A stretch of DNA of 64,000 nucleotides, taken from the IMG/VR virus record IMGVR_UViG_3300020182_000015; one strand, given 5' to 3'. Source of the stretch: an uncultured virus (IMG/VR IMGVR_UViG_3300020182_000015) (lineage: Duplodnaviria; Heunggongvirae; Uroviricota; Caudoviricetes). Positions 18,292 through 27,458 of this stretch are shown piece after piece (position 1 is the first letter of the stretch; every line of letters begins with the position of its first letter). The translations under genes were made by a program, and so were the position numbers. The notes below the pieces were generated by a model that was not told the origin of the DNA, made no database searches, and saw only the letters and a program-made list of their open reading frames with translations.

Positions 18292-19826
18292 TGAGTACTA
18301 TTTCACAATTACTTGGAAATTTGGCAGCAAGATTTCCAGGCGATACCCCTATTATTAATGTAGCAAAGGGTGTTTATGGATTAAAAAATTTAGAAGATGA
18401 AGTTTTTAATGAAATAGGATTAGTGGTAAACGGTATCTTAAACAATACTCAATCCTTACCAGAAATTAAATCAAAAAATATAAGTATACCGGATGCAAAA
18501 GTTGTAGAATTTACACCAGCTGTACCTGGCTATGAAAATATATTAAGAAGTGCAACAAGTGAAAAACAAGATATTACTAAAATGACCTCATCTTCCCTGG
18601 TAGGAGATGGCGAAAATAATTTCATTCTTACTTTAGGTAAACCCTTTGCAATGGCTAATGCACTAAGTCAAGTAACAAATACAAAGGTACCGTTTAATAT
18701 AATTTCTCCGTTTATTCCAATTGAAACAAATGCACAAGCAAGCGAAACATTTATTACTTCTAATTATAATGCTGCTATGCCCGGTGCTACTAATGCGTTA
18801 ACTCAGTCTCGCTTAGCCATACTTAATTCTATTTTAGGATCAGTTAATAACAATTATAAAAATTTAACAGAAAGTGCTGGATTCTTAGCAACTTATTCAT
18901 CATCAAAAAATAATGAAATTGAAAATGCTATATCTTTTTTAAACTTAAATGATGAAGTAAAATCTAAAATTATTCCGCTAGTTATAAATGGCGATAAGAA
19001 TACGGCTATTAATAAAATTATAGAAGCATTACCATTAAATGAACGCAGTGACGCAAAAATTAAAGAAATTGAAGAAGCTGTTGCTGGAATAGATACTAGT
19101 ATTACTGCTAATACTACAAATGGCAATTCAATTCCGAATCCAGCAATAAGTACAGCACCGATTACCACCTCGCAAAAATTTGCTGGATATCAAACCAGTA
19201 CTAAGTCTGCCAATATGCCATATAGATTTCCTATTGTTGCTGGTAAAGAAGAACTTATAGCAGATTTTAATTTTGCAAAAGAAAATCGTGAAATTACAGC
19301 ATTGGTAAATCATTGGACAGGTCATTTTAAAAATGATTCAGTGATTACTGCCCAACATATACATGATATGCATATGGACCCGCCATATAATTATTCTGGT
19401 ATTGGATATCATTATATTATTTTATCTGATGGTAGAATTCAAAGGGGTCGACCAGTAAATATAGTAGGTAATCATGTGAAAGATATGGATCAGCGAACAA
19501 TAGGCGTTGCTGGCGTCGGGGGCATAGGACTTACTCGAGAATATTGGCAAAGCGAATTAGGCGAAAAATTTAGTACGCAGGGCTATCCATACGGCGGACG
19601 GTGGTATAGTGATGCTCAAGCAAAAACTTTTAAATTAATTGCTGAATGCTTTTATAGTGTATGGGATGCCGGAGAAATTTATGGACATATGGATATGAAA
19701 CCAAGCACTCAACAAGATCCCGATTGGCCAGAAGAATGGTTGCCTTCAATGTTTAAAAGAAAAAATAAATTCGATCCAACAAAAGGTGCTCCTACAACAG
19801 CTCAAATTTTGGGAGATATATCATGA
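18291..19826 (+). CDS. Virion-associated protein with C-terminal N-acetylmuramoyl-L-alanine amidase (amidase_2) domain
   Basis: VNHWT, IGYHYII..DGRIQRGRP....GNHV, IYGH...QQDP zinc-amidase motifs. Confidence 0.82.
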   Translation: MSTISQLLGNLAARFPGDTPIINVAKGVYGLKNLEDEVFNEIGLVVNGILNNTQSLPEIKSKNISIPDAKVVEFTPAVPGYENILRSATSEKQDITKMTSSSLVGDGENNFILTLGKPFAMANALSQVTNTKVPFNIISPFIPIETNAQASETFITSNYNAAMPGATNALTQSRLAILNSILGSVNNNYKNLTESAGFLATYSSSKNNEIENAISFLNLNDEVKSKIIPLVINGDKNTAINKIIEALPLNERSDAKIKEIEEAVAGIDTSITANTTNGNSIPNPAISTAPITTSQKFAGYQTSTKSANMPYRFPIVAGKEELIADFNFAKENREITALVNHWTGHFKNDSVITAQHIHDMHMDPPYNYSGIGYHYIILSDGRIQRGRPVNIVGNHVKDMDQRTIGVAGVGGIGLTREYWQSELGEKFSTQGYPYGGRWYSDAQAKTFKLIAECFYSVWDAGEIYGHMDMKPSTQQDPDWPEEWLPSMFKRKNKFDPTKGAPTTAQILGDIS

Positions 19827-22360
19827 CAACAAATTTTGAAAAAGAAGAAGCAATTATAAGCGAAAGCCAAATAATGTCAAACTCTAATGGGTTTGTAGAA
19901 GGTTCAGGTACATACCCTAAACCAGAATATTGGCATCAAAGTTCTGTTAATTTGGCTGCAAGAAATGCTAAATTCCATAAATTAGATATATCAAATGGAA
20001 TTCCATTTGTAGATTTAGATCTAAATGCGCCGCTGTCTGCCCAATATCCTTTAAATGATGTTCATGAAACACCAGCAGGACATGTTTTTGAATTTAATGA
20101 CACATTAGCCAATGAAAGAATATTGCTAAAACATACAATTGGTGCCGGTATTGATATTAAACCAGATGGCACAATTTTAATAAATTCTAAAGGCAATAGA
20201 GTTGAAATAGTAGATGATAATTATTATATGGCTGTTGAAGGTGATGGTCATTTAACTTATTATGGAAACCTTAGCTTAAATGTTTCCGGCGATTTAGATA
20301 TGGATGTTGGCGGCGACTTTTATTTAAGAGTTGGTGGAAGCTGGATGATTAATGTTTTAGGCGATTATCGTAAAAAAATTGTTGGACATTGGCAAGAGAT
20401 TGTTCAAAAAAGTAAAAACATTACTAATATTGGAAATTATGTTTCAACAACACTTGGTACAGTTATTGATTCGGTAAAGGGTAAATATACTTTAAGATCG
20501 GAGGATAAAATAGAAGTACATGCTGGTGATAATTTGTATATTACTGCCGCAAATGAATTTATTCAAACTGCACCAAATATGAATATTGCGGCGCAGGACA
20601 TGTCTGTTATTGGCAGCACCGGAACTATTGGTGGCCAAGGCATTTACATGTATAATTTTAATTCCTATACAGAAAAAACAGTTCATGCCGAAACAGTTTC
20701 TGCTAAAGCAATGTTTGCGGATACTTTCTTTGGAGACTTGTCTGGTGATGCTTTAAGAGCCGTGAGTGCAAATGTATCGGCCGGTTTAGGCGGCGGCGGT
20801 GCATCGGTTAGAATTAATAATGTACAACGAAACAATGCACAATCAGCAAAACCGACAGCTACTAATATGGAGCAATATGTTGAAAATTCATCGCTTGGAT
20901 ATAAAAAAATCAGCATTGACCCCACAGAAGAATTAAAAAATTCAATTGAAAAAACTGCACCTACTGGTGGAGTAACAGATAGAATTTTAACAACTTCTGA
21001 AGTAAGAGCTAAATTAAAGGATCCATTAAATAAAGCTAATAATGAATTTTTAAAAGAACAATTTGAATTTGGTGTTTTGTCGCCACAATTTGCTAGATTG
21101 ACTAGCCCAAGTGGAAGTACGAGTCAAACTAGCGTTTCAATACCAAGAATTGAATCAGAACCTATTAATGGAATGTCTGACCCATATAGTCGAGTTCAAC
21201 CGCGGGAAAAAGCAGTGGCAAGAACCGTAAACATTGCGCCTAGCCCAGAATTCAATCCTACAAATTTTAAAGAAATAACCCAGAAAACCGAATTAGATAC
21301 AAATATTCCTATTTCTAAATTTATGGGGTCATTAGGAGATAGAAAATCAATTGAGAAAATTGATGATATGGGAAAACGAATAAGAATTGCGCAGAATCTT
21401 GTGCCCCATACTAAAATATTTAATACATTTAAAACATTAAAAAAATTAAATGATATTAATTTTGTTGTTGCGGAAGGGGTTTATATTCCAGTTCAATCCG
21501 AAAAATTAACACCTAATGGATTTATTGATTTATCAACAGAAGGTCGGGCCATTGCTTATGAAGTATATGATACCGCCGGTAAAATAAATTATGAAAAAAC
21601 TTTTGAAATGGCTGAAGCTATAAAAGATTTTTGCTATTTTGATTCCCTTGAATTAAGATATGATGATTACGATCCTAGCGGTATAATGAATATGCAGATT
21701 GCGGTGATCACTCCAGAAATTAATTCATCATATACTAATACCTATAAAATGAATGTTGCTACTTATTACAATGACATATTACAGAGCTCGAGCGATTTAA
21801 TACTATTAACATCAGATGAATTTGATCAAACTAATGAGTTTAGCACTAACCCAAATGTTGGCGTAGTAGATATGTCATATGACCCAGCTGATCCAAATGT
21901 GCCGGTAAATAATTCAAATACACAAGCAGATAATTCTTATAATGGACCACTCGGCAAAATTACAACAAAGAATGGGTTATCAACATCTATTGCTAAAGTA
22001 TTTGTTCCAAACTTCCAAGGATTAATTAATGATTTAGAAGCAGCTGGTTATGAGTTTAAAGTATTGCATGGTTATAGCAATAGAAATATCGCCAATTCAA
22101 GTAAAAAAAGCTGGCATGCGCACGGAGCAGCAATTGATATTAACCCAGCCCAAAATTATGTTCAGTATGGTGTTTCATTTGGCAATGGGATGGTTACAGA
22201 TATGCCTAATAATATTAGAGAACTTGCTGCAAAACATGGTTTAGGTTGGGGCGGTGATTGGAATAGTAAAAAAGATCCTATGCATTTTAGTGCTGCAAAA
22301 AATGAAGGCGGCAATTTTAACATAGCTAGAAATGGAAATATTCCAATATCAGTTGGATAA
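19823..22360 (+). CDS. gp5 C-terminal spike (beta-helix) protein with C-terminal M15 zinc peptidase
   Basis: YPLNDVHETPAGHVFEFNDT...ERI...H..G..IDIKPDG, V.GD repeats; C-terminal R....SWHAHGAAIDINP...GLGWGGDW...KDPMHF. Confidence 0.85.
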   Translation: MTTNFEKEEAIISESQIMSNSNGFVEGSGTYPKPEYWHQSSVNLAARNAKFHKLDISNGIPFVDLDLNAPLSAQYPLNDVHETPAGHVFEFNDTLANERILLKHTIGAGIDIKPDGTILINSKGNRVEIVDDNYYMAVEGDGHLTYYGNLSLNVSGDLDMDVGGDFYLRVGGSWMINVLGDYRKKIVGHWQEIVQKSKNITNIGNYVSTTLGTVIDSVKGKYTLRSEDKIEVHAGDNLYITAANEFIQTAPNMNIAAQDMSVIGSTGTIGGQGIYMYNFNSYTEKTVHAETVSAKAMFADTFFGDLSGDALRAVSANVSAGLGGGGASVRINNVQRNNAQSAKPTATNMEQYVENSSLGYKKISIDPTEELKNSIEKTAPTGGVTDRILTTSEVRAKLKDPLNKANNEFLKEQFEFGVLSPQFARLTSPSGSTSQTSVSIPRIESEPINGMSDPYSRVQPREKAVARTVNIAPSPEFNPTNFKEITQKTELDTNIPISKFMGSLGDRKSIEKIDDMGKRIRIAQNLVPHTKIFNTFKTLKKLNDINFVVAEGVYIPVQSEKLTPNGFIDLSTEGRAIAYEVYDTAGKINYEKTFEMAEAIKDFCYFDSLELRYDDYDPSGIMNMQIAVITPEINSSYTNTYKMNVATYYNDILQSSSDLILLTSDEFDQTNEFSTNPNVGVVDMSYDPADPNVPVNNSNTQADNSYNGPLGKITTKNGLSTSIAKVFVPNFQGLINDLEAAGYEFKVLHGYSNRNIANSSKKSWHAHGAAIDINPAQNYVQYGVSFGNGMVTDMPNNIRELAAKHGLGWGGDWNSKKDPMHFSAAKNEGGNFNIARNGNIPISVG

Positions 22361-22364
22361 TAGC

Positions 22365-22372
22365 TATAAATA
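22365..22372 (+). promoter_or_regulatory. T4-type late promoter
   Basis: TATAAATA upstream of gp25. Confidence 0.8.
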
Positions 22373-22394
22373 AAAGAAAAGGGTTTTAAGACAA

Positions 22395-22838
22395 ATGGCA
22401 GCCACCAAAATATTATCTACTGAAGATGCAAGTTTATCTACGCCTTCTATTATTGTTGCTGTAGATAAACCTAATAGCGATTTAGATTTAACATTTTCTG
22501 CAAAACCCAATAGTGGGGATGTTTATAAAAAAATAGATGCTGCAGCAGTGAAGCAATCAATAAAAAATTTATTGATGACTAATCGTGGCGATCGTCCGTT
22601 TAATTATTATTTTGGAGCAAATTTAGTAGACCTATTATTTGAATTAGATGACGACGATTTAGAAGATGATATTAATCAATATGTGGTAGATGCAATTAAA
22701 AATTTTGAACCCCGAGCGGAATTGCTTGATGTCATGGTCAGAGCTGCCCCAAATACTGTTAGAGTACGAGTAGAATTTATGGTAAAAAATACTCAACAAA
22801 TTGAAATTGTAGAAACAACTATGTCGAGGCTAAGATAA
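22395..22838 (+). CDS. 25: Baseplate wedge subunit gp25
   Basis: SDLDLTF, AVKQSIKNLLMTNRGDRPF...FG....LLFE, IKNFEPRA. Confidence 0.93.
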   Translation: MAATKILSTEDASLSTPSIIVAVDKPNSDLDLTFSAKPNSGDVYKKIDAAAVKQSIKNLLMTNRGDRPFNYYFGANLVDLLFELDDDDLEDDINQYVVDAIKNFEPRAELLDVMVRAAPNTVRVRVEFMVKNTQQIEIVETTMSRLR

Positions 22839-24679
22839 TGGCAACAAATATTTCGTCAACATCTTTAGATTTTGTAAATATACGCAATAATCTAAAAACA
22901 TATTTTGCCCAAAAACCTGAATTTGCTGACTACAATTTTGATGCGGCTGGACTATCTAATATATTAGATGTGTTGGCATATAATACTCATTACAATGGTC
23001 TTATTGCAAACCTTGCTACAAATGAATCATTTTTATCTTCTGCCCAACTAAGAGCGTCTGTTATTTCTCATGCCGAATCTTTGGGTGTAAATGTTAGATC
23101 AAAAACAGCATCAATTTGTGAATTAGTAGTTTCAGTGAATTTGGGTGGATTAAACCCTAGGCCTGCAAGTATAACTTTACCAATTGGTACTACCTTTACC
23201 GCGGTATCAGACAATATAACATACACATTTAAAACTTTGGAAAAATATACCGCAATAGATGATGGAAGTGGCACATTTACTTTTGCGGATTCAAAAGGAA
23301 CTTTGATTGTTAAAGCAGTTGAAGGAATAGAATATAGCAAAACATTTTATGTGGGCGAAGTTGCAGAAAATCAGGTTTATGTAATTCCTGAAGCAAATTT
23401 AGATACAACAACGGCAGTAGTCAAAGTATTTGACTCGCCAACAAGCGCAGAATATACTACATATACTCCGCTATATAAAGCAATAACAGTAAATTCTACA
23501 TCAACATATTATACTCTTCGTGAAACTCCGAATGGCTATTTTGAAATTAATTTTGGGGATGGTATTACCTTTGGTAAAAGGCCTGAAGCCGGATCTAAAA
23601 TAGTTATTACATATATGGTGCCAAATGGAGCAGTTGCAAATGGATTAAAAACATTTACAACCGCAAATGAGATTAATATTGATGGTGTTGATTATCCACT
23701 TGCGTTAGTATTAAGTTCTAGATCACACTCCGGTGGAGAAAAGCAATCCATAGAATCAATACGACAAAATGCTCCAATTGCATTTGCAACTCAGCAGAGA
23801 CTTGTTACTGCTTCTGACTATGAAGCATTAATTCGTACAAATTTTTCTCAGATTGATGATGTATCTGCATGGGGTGGTCAAGATAATTTTCCAATAGACT
23901 ATGGTAAAGTTTTTGTGTCAATAGATTTTGAAGATAATACATCCGAGAATACCAAAATTTCATTAAAAAATTCTATTACCGAAAATTTTGCAAAGAATTT
24001 ATCAGTGATGTCAATTACAACAGAATTTGTTGATCCCCAAGAATTATATTTTAATATAGAATGTGATATTCAATTTAATCCAGAAAAAACTGCGGCAACA
24101 GCAGCAGCAATAAATAATAATGTATTGAGCCAAATTAATTCACATTTTAATGAAAAATTAAATGGGTTTAAAAAAACTTTTAGAAAATCTACATTATTAA
24201 CTGAAATAGATAATTTAAGTCCGGCTATTTTATCAACAGCTATTCGCATTAAAAATCAATTAAGATTTGTGCCCAATATAAATATCAAAGCAAATTACGA
24301 AATATATTTTCCATTTGCAGTTGCACTTCCAGATGACGATTATTATTCTATTATTTCAACAGAATTTAAAATACAAGAATCAGCAAAATTTGCTAGATTT
24401 CAAAATAAATTAAATAGTTCAACATTACAAATAGTAGCAACTGATGGTGAAGTATTGGTAGATAATTGTGGATTTATTGATACCATATCAGGTAAAGTCG
24501 TAATATATTCATTCAATCCATCTACAATATATGATGGTACTAATTACTTAAAATTAATAGTAATACCTGCGGATCAAAATACTATACGACCAATGAGAAA
24601 CTATACTATGAAAATAGATAATACTCTAACTACAGTTTCTTCAAATATAGATAAAAATCAAATTTTAAGTAGAATTTAA
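22838..24679 (+). CDS. 6: Baseplate wedge subunit gp6
   Basis: LDFVNIRNNLKTYF, LSNILDVLAYNTHYN, NESFLSSAQLR, FGDG..GK, ESIRQNAP....QQRLVTASDY, YGKVF. Confidence 0.95.
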   Translation: MATNISSTSLDFVNIRNNLKTYFAQKPEFADYNFDAAGLSNILDVLAYNTHYNGLIANLATNESFLSSAQLRASVISHAESLGVNVRSKTASICELVVSVNLGGLNPRPASITLPIGTTFTAVSDNITYTFKTLEKYTAIDDGSGTFTFADSKGTLIVKAVEGIEYSKTFYVGEVAENQVYVIPEANLDTTTAVVKVFDSPTSAEYTTYTPLYKAITVNSTSTYYTLRETPNGYFEINFGDGITFGKRPEAGSKIVITYMVPNGAVANGLKTFTTANEINIDGVDYPLALVLSSRSHSGGEKQSIESIRQNAPIAFATQQRLVTASDYEALIRTNFSQIDDVSAWGGQDNFPIDYGKVFVSIDFEDNTSENTKISLKNSITENFAKNLSVMSITTEFVDPQELYFNIECDIQFNPEKTAATAAAINNNVLSQINSHFNEKLNGFKKTFRKSTLLTEIDNLSPAILSTAIRIKNQLRFVPNINIKANYEIYFPFAVALPDDDYYSIISTEFKIQESAKFARFQNKLNSSTLQIVATDGEVLVDNCGFIDTISGKVVIYSFNPSTIYDGTNYLKLIVIPADQNTIRPMRNYTMKIDNTLTTVSSNIDKNQILSRI

Positions 24680-25728
24680 TGCCATCGCAAACATTATCAG
24701 ATATTAATCGTCTACCGATTAGTTTTAAAAAGAGTTTAGTAAAAGAGGTTCTTCCAGAATTTTTTGCGGAAGAATACCCAAATTTTATTCTTTTTTTAGA
24801 AACTTACTATGATTTTTTAGATAGTGCTGAAAATTTTGGTGATTTGATAGATGATCTATATACTATTAGAGATATAGAAGCAGCTAGTCTTGCAAATATT
24901 GATAACTTATTTTATGAAATAGGTATGGGTGTATCGCATACATTATTTCAAAATCCTCGTGAAGTGATTAGAAATTTTGCTAGATTCTTTAGAGTTAAAG
25001 GATCATTATATTCAGCAGAAGGTTTTTTCCGAGCTTTCTTTGGAATTGATGTAGAAATTGAATATCCTAAAACTAATTTGTTTATTTTGAACGAATCAGA
25101 AATTGGAATTGAATCATTAAAAGTATTACAAGATGGTGGTTTATATCAAGTTTTATCACATCTTATTAAAGCTCCTATTTCTATATCAACATGGGGTGGG
25201 TTATATAAAAAGTTTGTGCATCCAGCAGGATTTTATCTTGGTGCCGAAGTTCAAATATCAAATGTTGCGGTTGCTAATCTTAATGCTATCGAGGTAATTT
25301 TTGATTCAGCATCTAATGTGGTTGATATAACAGAAATAGCATCGGTTGTGCCACTTACATTTAGCTCAATTTCATTGCTTGATAAAATGGGCGCAACAGA
25401 TTATCTTGCCGATCCAAACACGGGCGATGTATTATCACTTAATGTTCGTACCGGAATATTGGAAAATGCTGGATCGTATGATTTAAAAGAAGCTAATGAT
25501 TCTGATAAACCAATAATTCACACAAGGCTAAGTTCTACTGAAACAGTACGCAAATATGCAGCAGCAACAATTGCAGAATTAGCATTAGAATATGAAACAA
25601 TTTCTGATTTGGCTAATGCAAGCTCACCAACAGTAGATCAAAGTTTAAACAATAATTTTGGTATTAATGTATCAAATACTTATGAAACAGTTGATCAAGA
25701 AGAATTCGTAAGATATGATTCAAATTAA
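24679..25728 (+). CDS. Baseplate wedge protein, short gp7-like
   Basis: LPEFFAEEYPNFILFLETYYDFL, FFRVKGS....FFRAFFG..VEI.YP, KFVHPAGF; sits between gp6 and gp8. Confidence 0.72.
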   Translation: MPSQTLSDINRLPISFKKSLVKEVLPEFFAEEYPNFILFLETYYDFLDSAENFGDLIDDLYTIRDIEAASLANIDNLFYEIGMGVSHTLFQNPREVIRNFARFFRVKGSLYSAEGFFRAFFGIDVEIEYPKTNLFILNESEIGIESLKVLQDGGLYQVLSHLIKAPISISTWGGLYKKFVHPAGFYLGAEVQISNVAVANLNAIEVIFDSASNVVDITEIASVVPLTFSSISLLDKMGATDYLADPNTGDVLSLNVRTGILENAGSYDLKEANDSDKPIIHTRLSSTETVRKYAAATIAELALEYETISDLANASSPTVDQSLNNNFGINVSNTYETVDQEEFVRYDSN

Positions 25729-25739
25729 CTGTAAACTTA

Positions 25740-25747
25740 TATAAATA
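25740..25747 (+). promoter_or_regulatory. T4-type late promoter
   Basis: TATAAATA in the intergenic gap. Confidence 0.8.
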
Positions 25748-25778
25748 CAATTAAATAGATTCAAAAAGAGATATTTTA

Positions 25779-26042
25779 ATGGCGCAAGAAATTATTAATA
25801 TAGGTTCATCTGCTAATGATGGAACTGGTGATACTTTAAGAGCAGCAATGTCAAAATGTAATAATAATTTTACTGCATTATTTGGCGGTGGATTACTTGA
25901 ATCATATACAGTAGCAACTCTTCCAAGTACACCCGTAACTGGGTCATTAATTTTTGTTTCAGATGGCGATACCGGTTTGCCATGTCTTGCAGTATATGAT
26001 GGAAGTAATTGGAAAATTATTTCCCTCGGATCAAATATTTAG
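25779..26042 (+). CDS. Small structural protein with gp9/gp10-like N-terminal motif
   Basis: INIGSSANDGTGDTLRAAMSKCNNNFTALF. Confidence 0.75.
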   Translation: MAQEIINIGSSANDGTGDTLRAAMSKCNNNFTALFGGGLLESYTVATLPSTPVTGSLIFVSDGDTGLPCLAVYDGSNWKIISLGSNI

Positions 26043-26054
26043 GAAAATACGAAA

Positions 26055-27443
26055 ATGGCAGCAACAGTTACTGACAATTTGAAAAAAACTATACTTCAAG
26101 CTATTATTGATGATTTTACTGATGCTAGTAATAATTATTATATTGGGGTGGGTAGATCTGAGTACTGGGATAGCGGAGACGTTGCGCCGGTGGCTCAAAA
26201 TCATATGGATGAACAAAGAAAATTCAGAAATTCGCTACAAGCAATTAAAAAAGTTAGAGGTGTTTCTTTCGTTGTACCTAGACAGAATTGGACTAGCGGC
26301 ACAATTTATTCCGCATGGGACGACCGCCAGCAAGGATATCCGGCGCGCTCCTATTATGTGATGAATGCCAATTATCATGTGTACGTATGCTTACGGGCTG
26401 GCCGTGATAATACTGGAGCTTTAGTACCATCTGTTATAAATCCTACTGGCTCAAATAATGATCCATTCGAAACTGCTGACGGATATGTTTGGAAGTTTAT
26501 TTATACAATTTCAGAAATTAATGCAAAATATTTCTTATCGGCAGGTTATATGCCAGTGTCAAATGTAGAATTACAACCAGACTCAGACGCATCTGGAATA
26601 ACATTAAAACAATGGGAAATTCAGCAAGCCGCAAATTCATATATGCTATCACAAGTAATAGTAACTGCTGGTGGATCGGGTTATACTTCTGCCCCTACTG
26701 TTAGTATTATAGGTACTGGGCATGAAATTGATGCTGGTGATCATTTAGCGGCTACTATTGATAGCGCAGGCACTGTAACTAAAGTAGAAATTGTTAATGA
26801 GGGTTCTACATTAAATTATATGTGGAATCTCGAAGGAACATCATTAGAATTTACTGGTGGGGGTGGATCTGGGGCTGCGGCGCGTCCAGTAATTTCATCT
26901 GCTGCCGGGTTTGGAGCAGACGCAAGAGAAGATTTAAAAGCATCTGGCTTAATGTTTAATAGCAAAATTGAAGGTGATGATGTAGACTTTATTACCATGC
27001 AAGATTTTAGACAAGTCGGACTTATTAAAAATCCTACATTAATAAATAGCAACACATTATTTACTAATGAAACTGGAAATGCATTGGATCATATGACATT
27101 GCAAAGTATTTCTGTGGCTTTTTCTCCAGATAAAACTATACAAGGCTCAACATCAGGTGCTCAAGCATATATTGATAGGGTTGTTAATGGCGCAGTATCA
27201 GATACTCCTCCACATAAAATTTATTTCCATCAAAATGAAGAAACTGGATTTAAGCAATTTACAGCCGGTGAAAATATAACAGAAATTAATGGTCCAGGAG
27301 TTGGGGTGTTATCATCGGGAGCCTGGAGGGTTGATGGAGAATTTGATCCAACAACAGGTGATATTTTGTATATAGATAATAGAGGTGCAGTAGAAAGAAG
27401 TGCATCTCAATCAGAAGACATTAAAGTAATCATCCAATTGTAA
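26055..27443 (+). CDS. 8: Baseplate wedge subunit gp8
   Basis: YYIGVGR...W, VVPRQNWTSGTIY, YYVMN....VYVCL, DGYVWKFIYTI, DFRQVGLIKNP, GDILYIDNR, QSEDIKVIIQL. Confidence 0.92.
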   Translation: MAATVTDNLKKTILQAIIDDFTDASNNYYIGVGRSEYWDSGDVAPVAQNHMDEQRKFRNSLQAIKKVRGVSFVVPRQNWTSGTIYSAWDDRQQGYPARSYYVMNANYHVYVCLRAGRDNTGALVPSVINPTGSNNDPFETADGYVWKFIYTISEINAKYFLSAGYMPVSNVELQPDSDASGITLKQWEIQQAANSYMLSQVIVTAGGSGYTSAPTVSIIGTGHEIDAGDHLAATIDSAGTVTKVEIVNEGSTLNYMWNLEGTSLEFTGGGGSGAAARPVISSAAGFGADAREDLKASGLMFNSKIEGDDVDFITMQDFRQVGLIKNPTLINSNTLFTNETGNALDHMTLQSISVAFSPDKTIQGSTSGAQAYIDRVVNGAVSDTPPHKIYFHQNEETGFKQFTAGENITEINGPGVGVLSSGAWRVDGEFDPTTGDILYIDNRGAVERSASQSEDIKVIIQL

Positions 27444-27458
27444 GAGATATAAGATACC

